Source: Octopus sinensis
Lineage: Eukaryota
Assembly (NCBI RefSeq): GCF_006345805.1
Contig: NC_043008.1
Coordinates: forward strand, 67,580,001-67,644,000
Reading direction: 5' to 3'
DNA: 64,000 bases
Positions within the stretch are counted from its first letter, which is position 1. Every line of letters starts with the position of its first letter. The translations under genes and the position numbers were made by a program. The notes under the pieces are model-generated. The model saw only the letters and a program-made list of their open reading frames with translations. It did no database searches and had not been told where the DNA came from. Below are positions 12,083 through 25,213 of this stretch, piece after piece.

Positions 12083-15000
12083 ACCTTATAAATTGTCAAA
12101 AAAGTTTTTTATAAATTATAAACACTAAAAACGTATAAAAAGGATATATAAACATCAAAAGTAAAATATGAAAAAATGTATAAAATTTTTTCCCAAAATA
12201 AAATATGTCAAATTACAAATATAAAATATACTATTATTATATTATACTGTAAGTTTTATGAAAAGGAATTACAAACCGTCAAGCCCTTTATAGGCTATAG
12301 AAGCTATATACATGTATAAGAGGGTATATATCATAAATACATCAAAATTTAATAATATAACGTATAAAAATTTTATTTTATAAAAAATTTTATTTTATAA
12401 AAAATTTTATAAAATATTTTTTACAGACTATAAAAAGTATAAAAGAAATATAAATAAGGATATAGAATAATAAATAAAATAAAATAAAATAATCATTATT
12501 TTATGAATTATATTGGTATATCGAAAAAAATTCCTAGATTTGTTATTATTATCAATACAATATGAAATAAAGCATATGTAATAAATAATAAATAGTAAAT
12601 AGTAAATAAAAATACTTTTGCAAATGGGTTTATAACATCTTTCTAAAATATATCAAAGACACTGATCTAGGTAGAATAATAACACATTTTAGGGGGTACC
12701 CTTTAAGTTTGGATGTGGGTTAATATAAAATATAAATGTACAGGAGTGACTGAAACTAATAACTTCATTTATATCGGATGCTCTGTAAATATGAAAAACG
12801 CTTGAATAACCATTTTTATCCTTCAGACTTAGGCATAAGGCCAACAGAACGTCATTATCTACGAAAATTTGGGAACTCAAAGATAATAATATTAAATTCA
12901 GCCAAGGTGGGATATAGTCCACGGAGCTCAGCCATACATAAATGGCCAATATGGATGTGAACTATGTTGCATGGAGATATATAAAATATTTAAATATAGA
13001 GATACACAAAGCCTAATTAATAATAAATTAGATCTTAGAGTGTTATGTGTTCATAGGGCTGCCCGTACATTTAAATACTTTAGAAGCAGATAATAATAAG
13101 TATGCCATACTGCACTTTGGTAGTAGGAGTTATACAGGGTATCATATCATTCATAGCCTACTCTCAATTATCTTGAAATTTATTCAATAATGCTTTCTAA
13201 TAACCCTTAACCCCTTTGGTCTATAAAATTTCAATAATTGTATTATATATTTACCCCTTCGGTATTGGGAATCACTTCCCTCGTTGTATAACATAAATTT
13301 TGCAATAAATTACTAAATTTTACACCTCCCCTAAGCGTAAAGGATATCCCCTAAAATCTATTATTATTCTACTTAGATCATGTCTTTGATGTATTTTAGA
13401 AAAATGTTATAAACCCATTTGGAAAAGTAAATTTATTTACTATCTATTATTTACTACATATATTTTATTTTATATTCTATTAATGATAATAACAAGTCTA
13501 GGAATTCTTTTCGATATACCAATATAATTTATAAAATTATCATTATTTCATTTTATTTTATTTTATAGAATTTATAATTCTGTTTCCTTATTTATATCTC
13601 TTTTATACCTTTTATATCATTCTGTAAAAAATATTTTATAACATTTATTATAAAATGAAATTTTAATATTCTATATTAATGTTGATGTATTTATGATATA
13701 TACTCTCTTATACATGTGTATAGCTTCTACAGCCTATAAAGGGCTTGGTGGTTTATAATTTCTTTTCATAAAGCTTACTGTAGAATATAATATACGAGGG
13801 GTGTTCAATAAGTAATGCCCCTGACCCACTTCCCATAGCAGTAGAGCAACGAAACTTGGCACAGTTTTTAGTCTCTTTCTACATAGGAACCACCCAGAGT
13901 TACACATTTCTCCCATCGTTTAATGCAGCTCTGGAGACTGTTTTTGTAGAAGACCCCAGCTTGGTCCTCCAACCACGACGTGACTTCAGAAATCAAGGCT
14001 GCATCATCTGGGAAACGCTTTCCTTTCAAAAACAACTTCATGGCTGGGAAGAGGTGAAAATCAGAGGGTGCAAGGTCAGGAGAGTAGGGGGGATGGGGGA
14101 GGAGTTCATAGCCGCACGCCTGTGCTTCTGATCTGGCGACACGCGAGTTGTGGACCGGAGCGTTGTCCTGCAGGAGGAGGATGCCTTTGCTGATCTTGCC
14201 CCGCCTCTTGATTTTGATAGCTTCTCTTAATTTCCTCAAAAGTGAAGCATAATAGGCTCCTGTAATTGTGGTACCCTTTGCCAGGAAATCTGTCATCACT
14301 ACTCCGTCCTGGTCCCAGAAGACCGTGAGCATGACCTTGCCAGCGGAGGGCTGCACCCTTGCCTTCTTTGGAGGAAGTGAGTCACGGTGCTTTCACTGCA
14401 TTGACTGGGCTTTGGTCTCTGGATCATAGTGATGGACCCAGGTTTTATCCTGTGTAATCAGACTTTTGAAAAATTTTGGCTCATCTTCTTGGCACATCTC
14501 CAAATTCATCTTCAAGCACTCGACACATTCTTGCTTCTGGAAAGGTGCGAGCAACCTGGGAATCCATCTGGCAGACACCTTTTGCATATGCAAATGGTCA
14601 TGAATGATAGTTATGCGTCGATCTTCCAAAATGGCAGCCTCAACTTGACGGACAGATGCCTCATCAATGGCAGAAAGGAGGCGACCAGATCTGGGATGTT
14701 TCCACAGAGTTCCGACCATGTTTGAATTCACAATGCCAGTGTTTTACAAGGTCATATGATGAGGCATCATCACCATAAGTTACTTTCATTTCATCAAAAG
14801 TTTCCCGTGGTGTGCGTCCTTTCAAATACAAAAACCGGATAACCGCTCGTCATTCAACAGGCTCCATTTCACACTTGACTCAGTTCAAACACCTGTAAAT
14901 CAGAGACCACTATTTGTTCAGAGCTGTAATTTGCCACTTAATCTATAGAGATATCAATATTAGCACATGCAAAATTTCAGCTAGATCAAACAACTGCAAG

Positions 15001-15900
15001 TGGGTCAGGGGCATTACTTATTGAACGTCCCTCGCATTTTATATTTGTAATTACAAATTATATTTTATTTTGTGAAAAAATTTTATATTTTTTCCTATTT
15101 TACTTTTGATGTTTATATATCCTTTATATACTTTTTTAGTGTTTATAATTTATATAAAAAAACTTTTTTGACAATTTATATGGTCTTTTTTTATATAATA
15201 TACAGGATTGGGAATTCTTATTTTATTATATCATGCTATATAGTCACTAAGTGTTTTCATGCCCAAATTGGTTTAAATGCTGTCTGTATTCGAATGCACT
15301 TAGCATACCGCTATCTCAATTACCCTATATATTAGATACTATTTTCAAAGATATCTTATATTCATCCATCTGTAACGAAAGGAATAGTTCTTTTTCCTGT
15401 TTAAAATATAATGTGAATTTTTATTCATATGATAATTTAATTCCGTTATACATTCTTACAATATGTTTAAGAAACGTCTTAATATATTTTTCTTATATAT
15501 TAAAGCATCCCATTATTAGGTTTTAAATTTAATTTCTTTCCTTCTTCCAAACATTGATTTAAATTTTCTCGCGTTAATGGTGTGAGTTTGCTGAGACATA
15601 ATCAACTACTTCCCTCATCCTTTGATTCTAAATTCCACCTCTAATGTTTGTGTTACTTATTCTTTTAATTTTTCATTATATTCCTCCTTAATGTGATAAA
15701 TGAAGTAAATATTAGCCATCTCTATCTATCGTTTCTTCCTAGTAGCATTCCCACCCCATCAGGCATTCCCTTACTACTAACCCTATGACCTAACAATTTT
15801 GTGTAGATAAAGCTACACATATTGTTCCAGTACTTTGAGAGTCTAGCAGTTTGCCTGACATCAATTGATATATCACTATTAACAAGAATAAAGTTGACAA
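12083..15900. mobile_element. AT-rich Penelope-like element with inverted (fold-back) arrangement
   Basis: 12720-13090 (+), across frameshifts, reads GIY-YIG ..FIYIGCS..RLNNHF..TSLSTKIWELKDNNIKF..WDIVHGAQPYING..CELCCMEIY..LINNKLDLRVLCVH. 12083-12705 is the reverse complement of ~13337-15185 once the mariner is removed. Confidence 0.65.
13795..15034 (-). mobile_element. Full-length mariner transposon, transposase disrupted
   Basis: 37-bp TIRs cgagggRYgttcaataagtaatgcccctgacccactt; TA left and CA right; WIPRLL, ITQDKTW, LLQDNA and HPPYSPDLAPSD motifs; empty TA site in the duplicate at ~35900. Confidence 0.93.
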
Positions 15901-16269
15901 CACCCAATAGATTTAATTCTAAATAGTTGAAGACTACTTTCTAAATAAAATCTTTTAAATATAAGTAACTATGTCACCACATTCCCTGCCCCCTGATAAC
16001 CACAATTTCTTCTGCTACTCTCTAGGTTATAGGAGAGGGTATGCATTATTTTCTAAACTCAGTCTGCCACAGATATGACAAAAGAAACAATATAAATATC
16101 TTGAGTTCCATTATTTATGTGAATATATGAAAGATACGGTTATGTCCTTTTTGTTTGAAATCTATGTGTTCATCTGATGAGAAAGGTTTCTTTCAAATAA
16201 TGTTATGTTTTCATTAATCGATTAAGGGACTCGCTTGAAACGACCATTTTGAATTGACACCTATACATC

Positions 16270-16950
16270 TCTTTACTCTTTTACTTGTTTCAGTCATTTG
16301 ACCGCGGCCATGCTGGAGCACTGCCTTTAGTCGAGCAAATCGACCCCAGGATTTATTCTTTGTAGGCCTAGTACTTATTCTAGCGGTCTCTTTTGCCAAA
16401 CCGCTAAGTTACGGGGATGTAAACATACTACCATCGGTTGTCAAGCGATGTTGGGGGGACAAACAGAGACACAAGCATACACACACACATACATACATAC
16501 ATATATACAAATTAATGACTGAACACGAAAAGTGGACAGTCAACATGCTAGATATAGACGTCAAATCGCTGAGTCTTATTTGAGAACATACTCTTTGTGG
16601 AGAATGGCGATTTGACGTCTATATCTAGCATGTTGACAGTCCACTTTTCGTGTTCAGTCCTTAATTTGTATGTAAAAATATTTTAATCTTCGGATTCTTT
16701 TTAATATGCTAGACCACTGGTTTTAATTGACTAATATCAATTTCTACCCTTAATTAATTTTATAAATATATATATATATACATATATACGACGGGCTTCT
16801 TTCAGTTTCCGTCTACCAAATCCACTCACAAGGCTTTGGTCGGCCCGAGGCTATAGTAGAAGACACTTACCCAAGGTGCCACACAGTGGGACTGAACCCG
16901 GAACCATGTGGTTCGTTAGCAAGCTACTTACCACACAGCCACTTCTACGC
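16270..16950 (-). mobile_element. OK/OR-like SINE with a fold-back element nested in its microsatellite
   Basis: Reverse complement of the 5705 SINE, split by 16505-16765. Confidence 0.8.
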
Positions 16951-17653
16951 CATCTGTGTTACTTCTTTATATTTTATTCACTTAACCTGGAATCTGCACT
17001 CCGGAAATACTATAGAAAGTACCTTTATGAAAAGTTCATGTCTGAGTTACCAAGGGCAGATATCTTCACTTAGCAGGATTGTGTTGTTTGCACACAAAGC
17101 AGGAATATCAGGTACAAACACCCCTGCATGGAGTCCTGATATTCAGTATTCAATTAATATCTTTTAGGTGTGCGGATTATACCACCATAGTAAGGTGCCT
17201 CAATTTTAAGTACCTTATTCAAAGGAATCTTAATTATATATATATAGTTGAAATTTACAGAAAAACAAAAGACGAAGACAGGTGTTCGAACAACAATTAG
17301 GTGTATTAGCTTGACGCTTGGAAAAGTGAGAAAGTCTTTTACGTTTCGAGACTAAGCTCTTCAACAGAAAGGAATAAGAGAAAATAAACAGAGAGAGAAT
17401 AAAAAAACTTGTGGATTTAAGTCAAGCATGGTAACTGGTTGGAGGAAAAAAGGTTTGACAGGGGAGGTAGAAAGAAGGGGAGATAATAAAGTATTGGTGA
17501 TCCCAAAACGAAGGTGTGCGTGCGTGTGTGTGTAAATGAGAATGTGTAAGTGTATGTGTGTGGATAGAGGCTAGTGACTTTGACGTGTATGGATGTGTAC
17601 ATGTGTGTGTGCCTCTATAATGTGTGGATTTGTGACTGATGATGATGATATAC

Positions 17654-17888
17654 TCTTTTACTTTTTTATTTGTTTCAGCAATTTGACTGTGGCCATGTTG
17701 GAGCACCAGCTTTAGTCGAGCAAATCGACCCCAGGACTTATTCTTTGGAAGTCTAGTACTTATTCTATCGGCCTCTTTTGCCGAACCGCTAAGTTACAGG
17801 TACGTAAACACACCGGCATCAGTTGTCAAGCGATGTTGCGGGGACAAACACAGACATACAAACAGATACACATACATACATAATACAT

Positions 17889-17951
<63 letters not shown>

Positions 17952-18105
17952 TACGACGGGCCTCTTTCAGTTTCCCTCTACCAAATCCACTCACAAGGCT
18001 TTGGTCGGCCTGAGGCTATAGTAGAAGACACTTGCTCAAGGTACGATGCAGTGGGACTGAACCCAGAACCATGTGGTTGGTAAGCAAGCTACTTACCATA
18101 CAGCC
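17654..18105 (-). mobile_element. OK/OR-like SINE
   Basis: Reverse complement of the 5705 SINE; duplicated at ~43900-44395. Confidence 0.8.
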
Positions 18106-18211
18106 ATATTATATATCATCGTCATCATCATCAGCAGCAGCATTGTCAACATCATCATCAAGATCATCAGTGGATCATATATCCGAAAAAGAACATATAT
18201 CTGACTGCATG

Positions 18212-19376
18212 TAGTAGGTCTTCCCATAAATAATGCGGTTGTTTTATATTTAATCTAAAGTATACTCTCCTTTATTTTCTACAATTATCTTCAATCTATC
18301 TGGTTGACTTGCAAGCCCCCTCTTCCAAAATTCAGTACTGTTCTGACCTCATCTACAGAATTCATATTTTTTCCGTCTAAATGATTTTGAAGACTGTGGA
18401 ATAAATGATAATCAGATGAGGTAATGTCTGGTGAATATGGTGGGCGAGGCATTGCTTCCCATTCAAACTATTCCAGCCTTTGGAATACCTTCCTCGCTGT
18501 ATGTGACCGAGAATTACCCTGATGGAAGAACACCTTTCGGCTTGAAACCAAAGACGGTCGTTTCATTTCTAGTGCTGACTTAAGCCGCTTAAACTGCTCA
18601 CTGTATATCTTCTTTATTTTCGTTTGGTTTTGGTTTAAGAGTTCAAAGTGGACTAAATCTTTCATATTCCACTAAACAGATAACAACATACGTGGGTGAA
18701 GAACTTCTTTAGCCTGGGGTACCTGTGTTTCTCCTTTCCCTACCTACTGTCTTCGTTGCTACACATTTTTATAGAGAACTCATTTCTTATCACCAAGGAT
18801 TGGTCCAAAAAAGGTCCATTCATGAGACGCGACAGTAAAGAAGAGCACACATTCACTCTCTGCGCGTGATTAGACTAGGAAAGTACATGAGGAACCCATT
18901 GAACCGATTTACTGACTTTTCCGATGGCATGCAAGTGTCGAGGAATGGTTGAATGACCAAATCCAAGCTTCTCTGCTAGCTCCTCAACAGTTACGATGGG
19001 ATTTTGTTCCACCAAGGTTTACAGAATGTCCTCATTGAACACTACAGATCTTCCAGGCCGAGGCTCGTCTTCTACGCTGTAGTTTCCAGCTCTGAATTTC
19101 TGGAACCACCATTGACCCTGGCTTACGCTTATTGTCCGATCCCCATATACTACATTAATATTCTCCGCACTTTCTGTCGCGTTGTTACCTCCATTTAACT
19201 CATCAAGCAAAATATGGTCTTTTGTCACTTCCATTATAGCTTTGAAAAAATAAATGTTAAAATTGAACTGCACTCTTCAAAACTTGCACTAAGAACAAGT
19301 GCAAGGTAAAATTACTACCTGCTTTTATAGCAAGTTGATGCAAGTAGTTTATCCCGTCCCCCTCCGACTTTTAGTT
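18212..19376 (-). mobile_element. Decayed mariner; its other TIR survives only in the duplicate (51037-51063)
   Basis: TIR taggtcttcccataaataatgcgg; ENINVVYGD..WWFQKFRAGNYSVEDEPRPGR and FFHQGNSRSH/PPYSPD motifs. Confidence 0.85.
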
Positions 19377-19421
19377 TGTAGCAGGGTCATAAGGGCCAAA
19401 AGGAACAATATATATATATAT

Positions 19422-19817
19422 AGGAGTGGCTGCGTGGTAAGTAGCTTGCTTACGAACCACATGGTTCAGGGTTCAGTCCCACTGCGTGGTACCTTGGGCA
19501 AGTGTCTTCTACTATAGCCTCGGGCCGACCAAAGCTTTGTGAGTGGATCTGGTAGACGGAAACTGAGAGAAGCCCGTCGTATACATGTATATACATATAT
19601 ATGTATGTATGTGAGTATATTCTTGTGTGTTTGTCCCCCCAACATTGCTTGACAACCGATGATGGCGTGTTTACGTCTCCGTAATCTAGCGGTTCGGCAA
19701 AAGTAACCGATAGAATAAGTACTAGGCTTACAAAGAATAAGTTCTGGGGTCTATTCGCTCGACTATAGGCGGTGCTCCAGCATGGCCACAGTCAAATGAC
19801 TGAAACAAGTAAAAGAG
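19422..19817 (+). mobile_element. OK/OR-like SINE immediately upstream of the putative promoter
   Basis: Same family as 5705-6106. Confidence 0.85.
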
Positions 19818-19852
19818 GATATGAAATCGCAAACGAGGTCAATTCTTGTCTG

Positions 19853-19930
19853 CCAATGAGAAGAATTAAAAAAGTAGGACGGGAAAAATGCTATAAATAG
19901 ACGCCCACACACACACCGATCAGCACCAGC
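19853..19930 (+). promoter_or_regulatory. Putative Pol II core promoter of the ureG-like gene
   Basis: CCAAT 19853-19857, TATAAATA 19892-19899, Inr-like TCAGCAC ~28 bp after the TATA start; single-copy sequence. Confidence 0.5.
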
Positions 19931-20214
19931 TAGTGGCAAGGGCTTAATAATTGTTTAAATAAAGACTGCTACTGATCCCTTAAAATATATTCCGTTGACT
20001 AAAAACAAATCTATGTTAATATTTTTTAACAGAAAAATACCAATAACTTTTCTTTATCCGATCTTTTTTAATTTTCATTATAATTTTTTATCCGAATTGT
20101 TTGATCAAAGTCCAGAAAGACTTTTTTTTTTCAATTATTATCGCAAACTTATTGCTGTTCCGAGCTGCTATAGTTAGTCAAATATAACGGGAAGTTGTGT
20201 TTCTAATTTTAAAG
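19920..20214 (+). other. Putative non-coding first exon of the ureG-like gene
   Basis: Ends at a perfect AAG|GTAAGT donor (GT at 20215). The ATG exon has an acceptor at 22534, so an upstream exon is expected. Start inferred from TATA position. Confidence 0.45.
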
Positions 20215-22009
20215 GTAAGTTTTATGGTTACAGATATGTCATTAATGAAGTAACTCGAACATTTATTGGAATCTATCAAAGAATTGTACTTTAATGCATC
20301 GCTTACGTTGTTTTCTGATTCCTGTTTAGCATCGGTCTCTTAATTATTGGCCAATGCAGACCAAAGGAATTTCGTATTAATATTTTTTCAGTGTAGAGTA
20401 ATTAAAATATAAACATAAAAACCGTCAAATTACAGTAAATCCTTAAAATACTTTCTTGTTAAATTCGATAATCATTAATTCGAATGATCGTTAACTTTTT
20501 TTTTGTCTTTAGTAGTTGTATGTAACATACACGGCATTATCCGAACAATCTGTAGTTATTTAGTCCTAACTCCACCCCGATTGAACTGTCCTATTATTAT
20601 AAGCAATTAAAAAACATCCTGCCTTTTCTACAATAATTCTTTTTTGTTAGAAAGTACATATTTTTTTGTTAGAAAGTGTATTTCAGAAAGTATCTAATAG
20701 CACAGTGTAGTAGTTCAAGGATCTAGTTAACCGACAAATTGCTCGAAGCGACTACTAATATTAAATTGATATTCGCTGGGTTTCTTTTATTTTTTTGTAT
20801 TCAAGTATTGGGCTATCTTTCGCATGAGGGGCGAAGCAATTTGGTAATAATCGCCAGGGAGATGACGCGATAAAATATAAAGTGTGCGTATTGTTGGTAT
20901 GTCTACCCAGCAACTGCCACAGTATTCAGTACTTGTTGATTCCAATGATGCATCAACATAATAGAAAAAATTGAAGGAGAGTTAAAAAACAGAAATGTCA
21001 CGCCAAGCTGAATCAGTTATCATCAAAATAACATACTTATACGATTTTTTTGTTTTTTGAAATCTATTACACACTGCTTGCAATTCAAAAATTCAGTTTT
21101 CGATTACATTCTTCTGTCTTCGTATTTTAATAATAAATCATTCGTAGTTATAGCGATAAATTATAATCATTCCATGATAATTTTATCGAATAGGCACCTC
21201 CACTCGCTCACAAAAAAGGGCAGTAAAGGCGGGCGGTATTACTCGGATTCCGATGTTTTCAACAACAGAAATTATGAATAGCGATCTTCGGTCATAACTA
21301 ACTTATAACTGCGGGATTGCTAATGAAAATTAAAATCCGGGAAAATACAAAAATAGATTTGGGTACCATGATTAACGGAACGAATATGCAAATATATTAA
21401 TATAGTAGATCTTTTTAATTTTTGTACCATATTTCTGTCAAAATACACTGCCTTTGTTTCATTCACCTCTAAAAATATTGAAGAATTTAATAAAATAGAA
21501 TTGTCGTTTTTAAGCTGAAGGTTGAAGCATAAATTAGAAAAGAATTTTAATGGAAAGTTTTAATATGAAATTTGTATCATAGAACCAAGTGTGTTCTGAA
21601 GCAGGTTGGCATCAAGAAGGCTACCAAAAGGTTCTAATTTGATAATGCCAAGTGAACAAAAAAAAATGTATGTTTTCTGAGAAAAAAAATGTAAAAGTCA
21701 ATGGCACTAGGAAGGGGATCCCTGTGTAGAAACTGGGCCTAAAAAATAGACATTGGAGGTTAACAGTCTCTGGCTCTTTGAATTTTGTCAAACCATCCAA
21801 CCCATGCCAGTATGGAAGACAGACATGAAAAAAATGATGATGATGATGACCATGCAATTTAATTTCACTCAAGGCTTTCCTTAATCTATGTTTGTGCCCC
21901 AATGTGTCATGTCAGGAGATGAAACTTGAAACATTTTGATTATAAAACGAAATTCTTGGTGTGCAGCCAGTTTAGTGCCTAATACTTGTGATACCAAGCT
22001 GCTATACCT

Positions 22010-22238
22010 ATTACTTTACTAACCACAAGCGGATAAACACAGAGGGGACAAACAAGGACTGACAAACGGATTAAGTCGATTATATCGACCCCAGTGCGCA
22101 ACTGATACTTAAATTATCGACCCCGAAAGGATGAAAGGCAAAGCTGACCTCAGCGGAATTTGAACCCAGAACGTAACAGCAGATGAAATACCGCTAAGCA
22201 TTTCGCCCGGCGTGCTAACGATTCTGCCAGCCCACCGC
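22010..22238 (-). mobile_element. Meta-domain SINE, full length, with 16-bp TSD
   Basis: TSD ccaagctgctatacct at 21994-22009 and 22252-22267; inserted into a MITE-like repeat whose inverted relative lies at ~21420-21620. Confidence 0.8.
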
Positions 22239-22474
22239 TATACCTGCCAGCCCAAGCTGCTATACCTGCTATAGATCACCCTTCGTTTTATGACACAAAT
22301 TTCTGGTATTAAAATAATCTAAATTAAAACTTCCATCAAAATTTCCTGTTAATTTATGTTCCAAACACCAGCTTATTAATGACAAAGCTATGTTACTATA
22401 TTCTTCATCATTTTCAAAGTTAATTGAAATAAAAATAGTGTATTTCAACAAACATGGCTGCAAACAGGTTGACA

Positions 22475-22511
<37 letters not shown>

Positions 22512-22557
22512 GACATTTTATGTCTCTTTTTTAGACCTGTTATTCATTTATATAATA

Positions 22558-22611
22558 ATGGCAGGCAGAAGAATACCGGATCAGAATTTCTACCGAACCA
22601 ACTGGAATGAA
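22558..22611 (+). CDS. ureG: UreG-like GTPase, coding exon 1
   Basis: MAGRRIPDQNFYRTNWNE|gtaagg, phase 0. Joined to the next exon it gives R.NWNE-RAFTVGI, matching the eukaryotic UreG N-terminus. Acceptor tttttag at 22534. Confidence 0.8.
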
Positions 22612-22711
22612 GTAAGGATCCTAACACAATTCAAAATGTTCTTGATATTTTTTACATTACTATTTCTCTATTTCTATTTGTCACTCGTCTGACATTTTTC
22701 TCTGGAAGAGA

Positions 22712-23790
22712 AGGTGTGGCTGTGTGGTAAGAAGCTTGCTTCCCACCTACATGGTTCCAGGTTCAGTCCCACTGCAAGGCACCTTGGGCAAGCATCTTGT
22801 CTGTTTATATGTGTGTGCATCTTTGTGTTTGTGTTTGTCCTTCACCACTGTTTGACAACTGGTGCCGGTGTGTTTCTGTCCCCATAACTTAGTGGTTGAG
22901 CAAAAGTGACTGATTGAATGAACACCAGGCTTAAAAGAAAAATACGTATTAGGGGTAATTCATTTGACTAAAAAATTCTTCAAGGCAGTGCCCCAGCATG
23001 GCTGCAGTCAAATGACTGAAACAAGTAATAGATGCAGGAGTGACAGTGTGGTTAAGAAGTTTTTGCTTTCACAAGTCTGTGGTCTTGGGTTCAGACCCAC
23101 TGCACAGCACCTTGGGCAGATATCTTCTATTATAGCCCCAAATCAACTTATGTCTTGTAAGTGGATTTGATAGATGAAACTTGAAAGATGTCTGTGTAGA
23201 TGTGGTTGTGTGATAAGAAACTTGCTTCCCAACCACATGGTTCTGGGTTCAGTCCCACTGCATGGTACTTTGGACAAGTGTCTTCTACTATAGCATTGGG
23301 CTGACCAAAGCCTTGTGAGTGTATTTGGTAGACAGAAACTGAAAGAAGCCTAACATATATGGCATCTGTGCTTGTGGAGTGCTAAGAGCACCATCCACGC
23401 GTGATCGTTGCCAGAGCAGCTAACTGGCTTCCATGCCAGTGACACATAAAAAGCACCACTTGAGTGTGATAGTTACCAGCGTCACCTTACTGGCACTTGG
23501 CCGGTATCACGAGAAAAAACATTTGAGTGAGGTCGTTGCCAGTGCTGCTGGACTGACTCCTGTGTAGGTGGCACGTAAAAAGCACCATTTGAGCATGGCC
23601 GTTGCTAGTACCGCCTGACTGATCCTCATGCCGGTAGCACATAAAAGCACCCACTACACTCTTGGAGTGGTTGGTATTAGGAAGGGCATCCAGCTGTAGA
23701 AACTCTGCCAGATCAGATTGGAGTCTGGTGCAGCCATCTGGTTTGCCAGTCCTCAGTCAAATCGTCCAACCCATGGAAAGCGGACGTTAA

Positions 23791-23823
<33 letters not shown>

Positions 23824-24640
23824 TGTGCGTGTGTGTTTTTGTGTCTCTTTGTCCTCCACTATCACTTGGCAACCAGTGTTGGTGCATTTACATCCCCGTA
23901 ATTTAGCGGTTTGGCAAAAGAGAACATTTGAATAAGTATCACCAGGCTTAAAAAATTATAAGTACTAGGTTTGATTCATTTAACTAACAAAAGTCCTTCA
24001 AGGTGGTACCCCAGCATAGCCACAGTCTAATGACTGAAGCAAGTAAAAGTAACAGATATATATGTGTACATATTTGTGTGTGAGTTTATGTGTATTCTTC
24101 TTTAGACATCACATGATGGTTATAAATCATTATCATACTAGTGAGATTGTTTATTTTCATTTTATTTTAAGGTAATATTTTCCTTTTGAAAATTAGTCTT
24201 CATTTCCTCCTTTTACATAAGCACCAAGGAATTTGATAAAGGTTAAATTTTAATTATTGTATGTGTGCCATATTTCCAGGCATGGCTGTATGGTAAGAAG
24301 ATTGCTTCACAGTCAGATGGTTCCAGGTTCAGCTCCACAGCATGGCACTTGGGCAAATGTCTTCTGCTATAGCCTCAGGCCGACTAAAGGTTTGTGAGTA
24401 GATTCAGTAGATGGAAACTAAAAGGCCATTGTATGTGTATGTGTGAGTTTATCCTGAACCACCGCTGACAACTGGTGATGTTGTGTTTACATCCCTGTAA
24501 CTTAACAGTTTAATAAGAGACCAATAGAATGAGTACCGAACTTAAAAAAATAATTAATTATAAGTACTAGGGTCAATTTGTTAGACTAAAATTCTTCAGT
24601 GCATTGCCCCAGTGTGGCCACTGAAACAAGAAGAAAGATA
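22712..24640 (+). mobile_element. Cluster of degenerate SINEs and a nested tandem-unit repeat within the ureG intron
   Basis: SINE heads at ~22712, 23033, 23200 and 24280; insert 23360-23820 with repeated GCACxTAAAAAGCACC units ending in (GAT)n (relatives at 33150-33480 and 59735-59895). Confidence 0.7.
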
Positions 24641-24916
24641 TAATATAAAAGATAATACCCATGTTAGCAAACATATATTTTCAAATGTACCAGTCATATG
24701 ACTGGTAACATTCTAGTACAGAATAAAAATTGATAATCTCTTTATTGGTCAGTAAACTTTCAAACACAACTAATCACAGCTCTTTCTTGATAAGCAACTG
24801 ACAGAGATTCCACAAAGAGCAACTCTTGTGAATGTTGCAAATTTCCATCACTTTTCTTTAAAGTATGGAATAAAATACATCTATGATGCTAAATTCTATA
24901 AACCCAGTTTAACTAT

Positions 24917-25213
24917 TTGTTTGTTCCTTCTTGAGCCATACCTGACTTATAAGGGACGGTTTCCTTAGCATATAGGTTCCTCACCTGGATGGGACACTGG
25001 TCCGTCGCAGGTGATCTGCAAGTTGCATGAGGAAAGAGTGGGAGAAAGTTGTGGCGAAAGAGTCAGCAGAAGTTTGCCATTACCTTCTGCCGGAGCCGCA
25101 TGGAGCTTAAGTGTTTCATTCATAAAAACACATATCACCCGGTCTGAGATTCAAACCTGCGATCCCTCGACCATGAGTCCGCTGTTCTAACCACTCGGCC
25201 ATGTGCTTCCACA
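24917..25213 (-). mobile_element. tRNA-derived SINE (third family) with TSD tttaactat
   Basis: Minus-strand head TGTGGAAGCACATGGCCGAGTGGTTAG; related to 48383-48782. Confidence 0.75.

Noticed and set aside
12083-13790. Mitochondrial insertion (NUMT), suggested by extreme AT content
   Set aside because: No mitochondrial gene motifs recognised; it contains a Penelope-type GIY-YIG reading frame.
23360-23660. Spaced direct repeats resembling a CRISPR array
   Set aside because: The spacers resemble each other, there are no cas genes, the context is eukaryotic, and a related copy at 33150-33480 shows it is a dispersed repeat.
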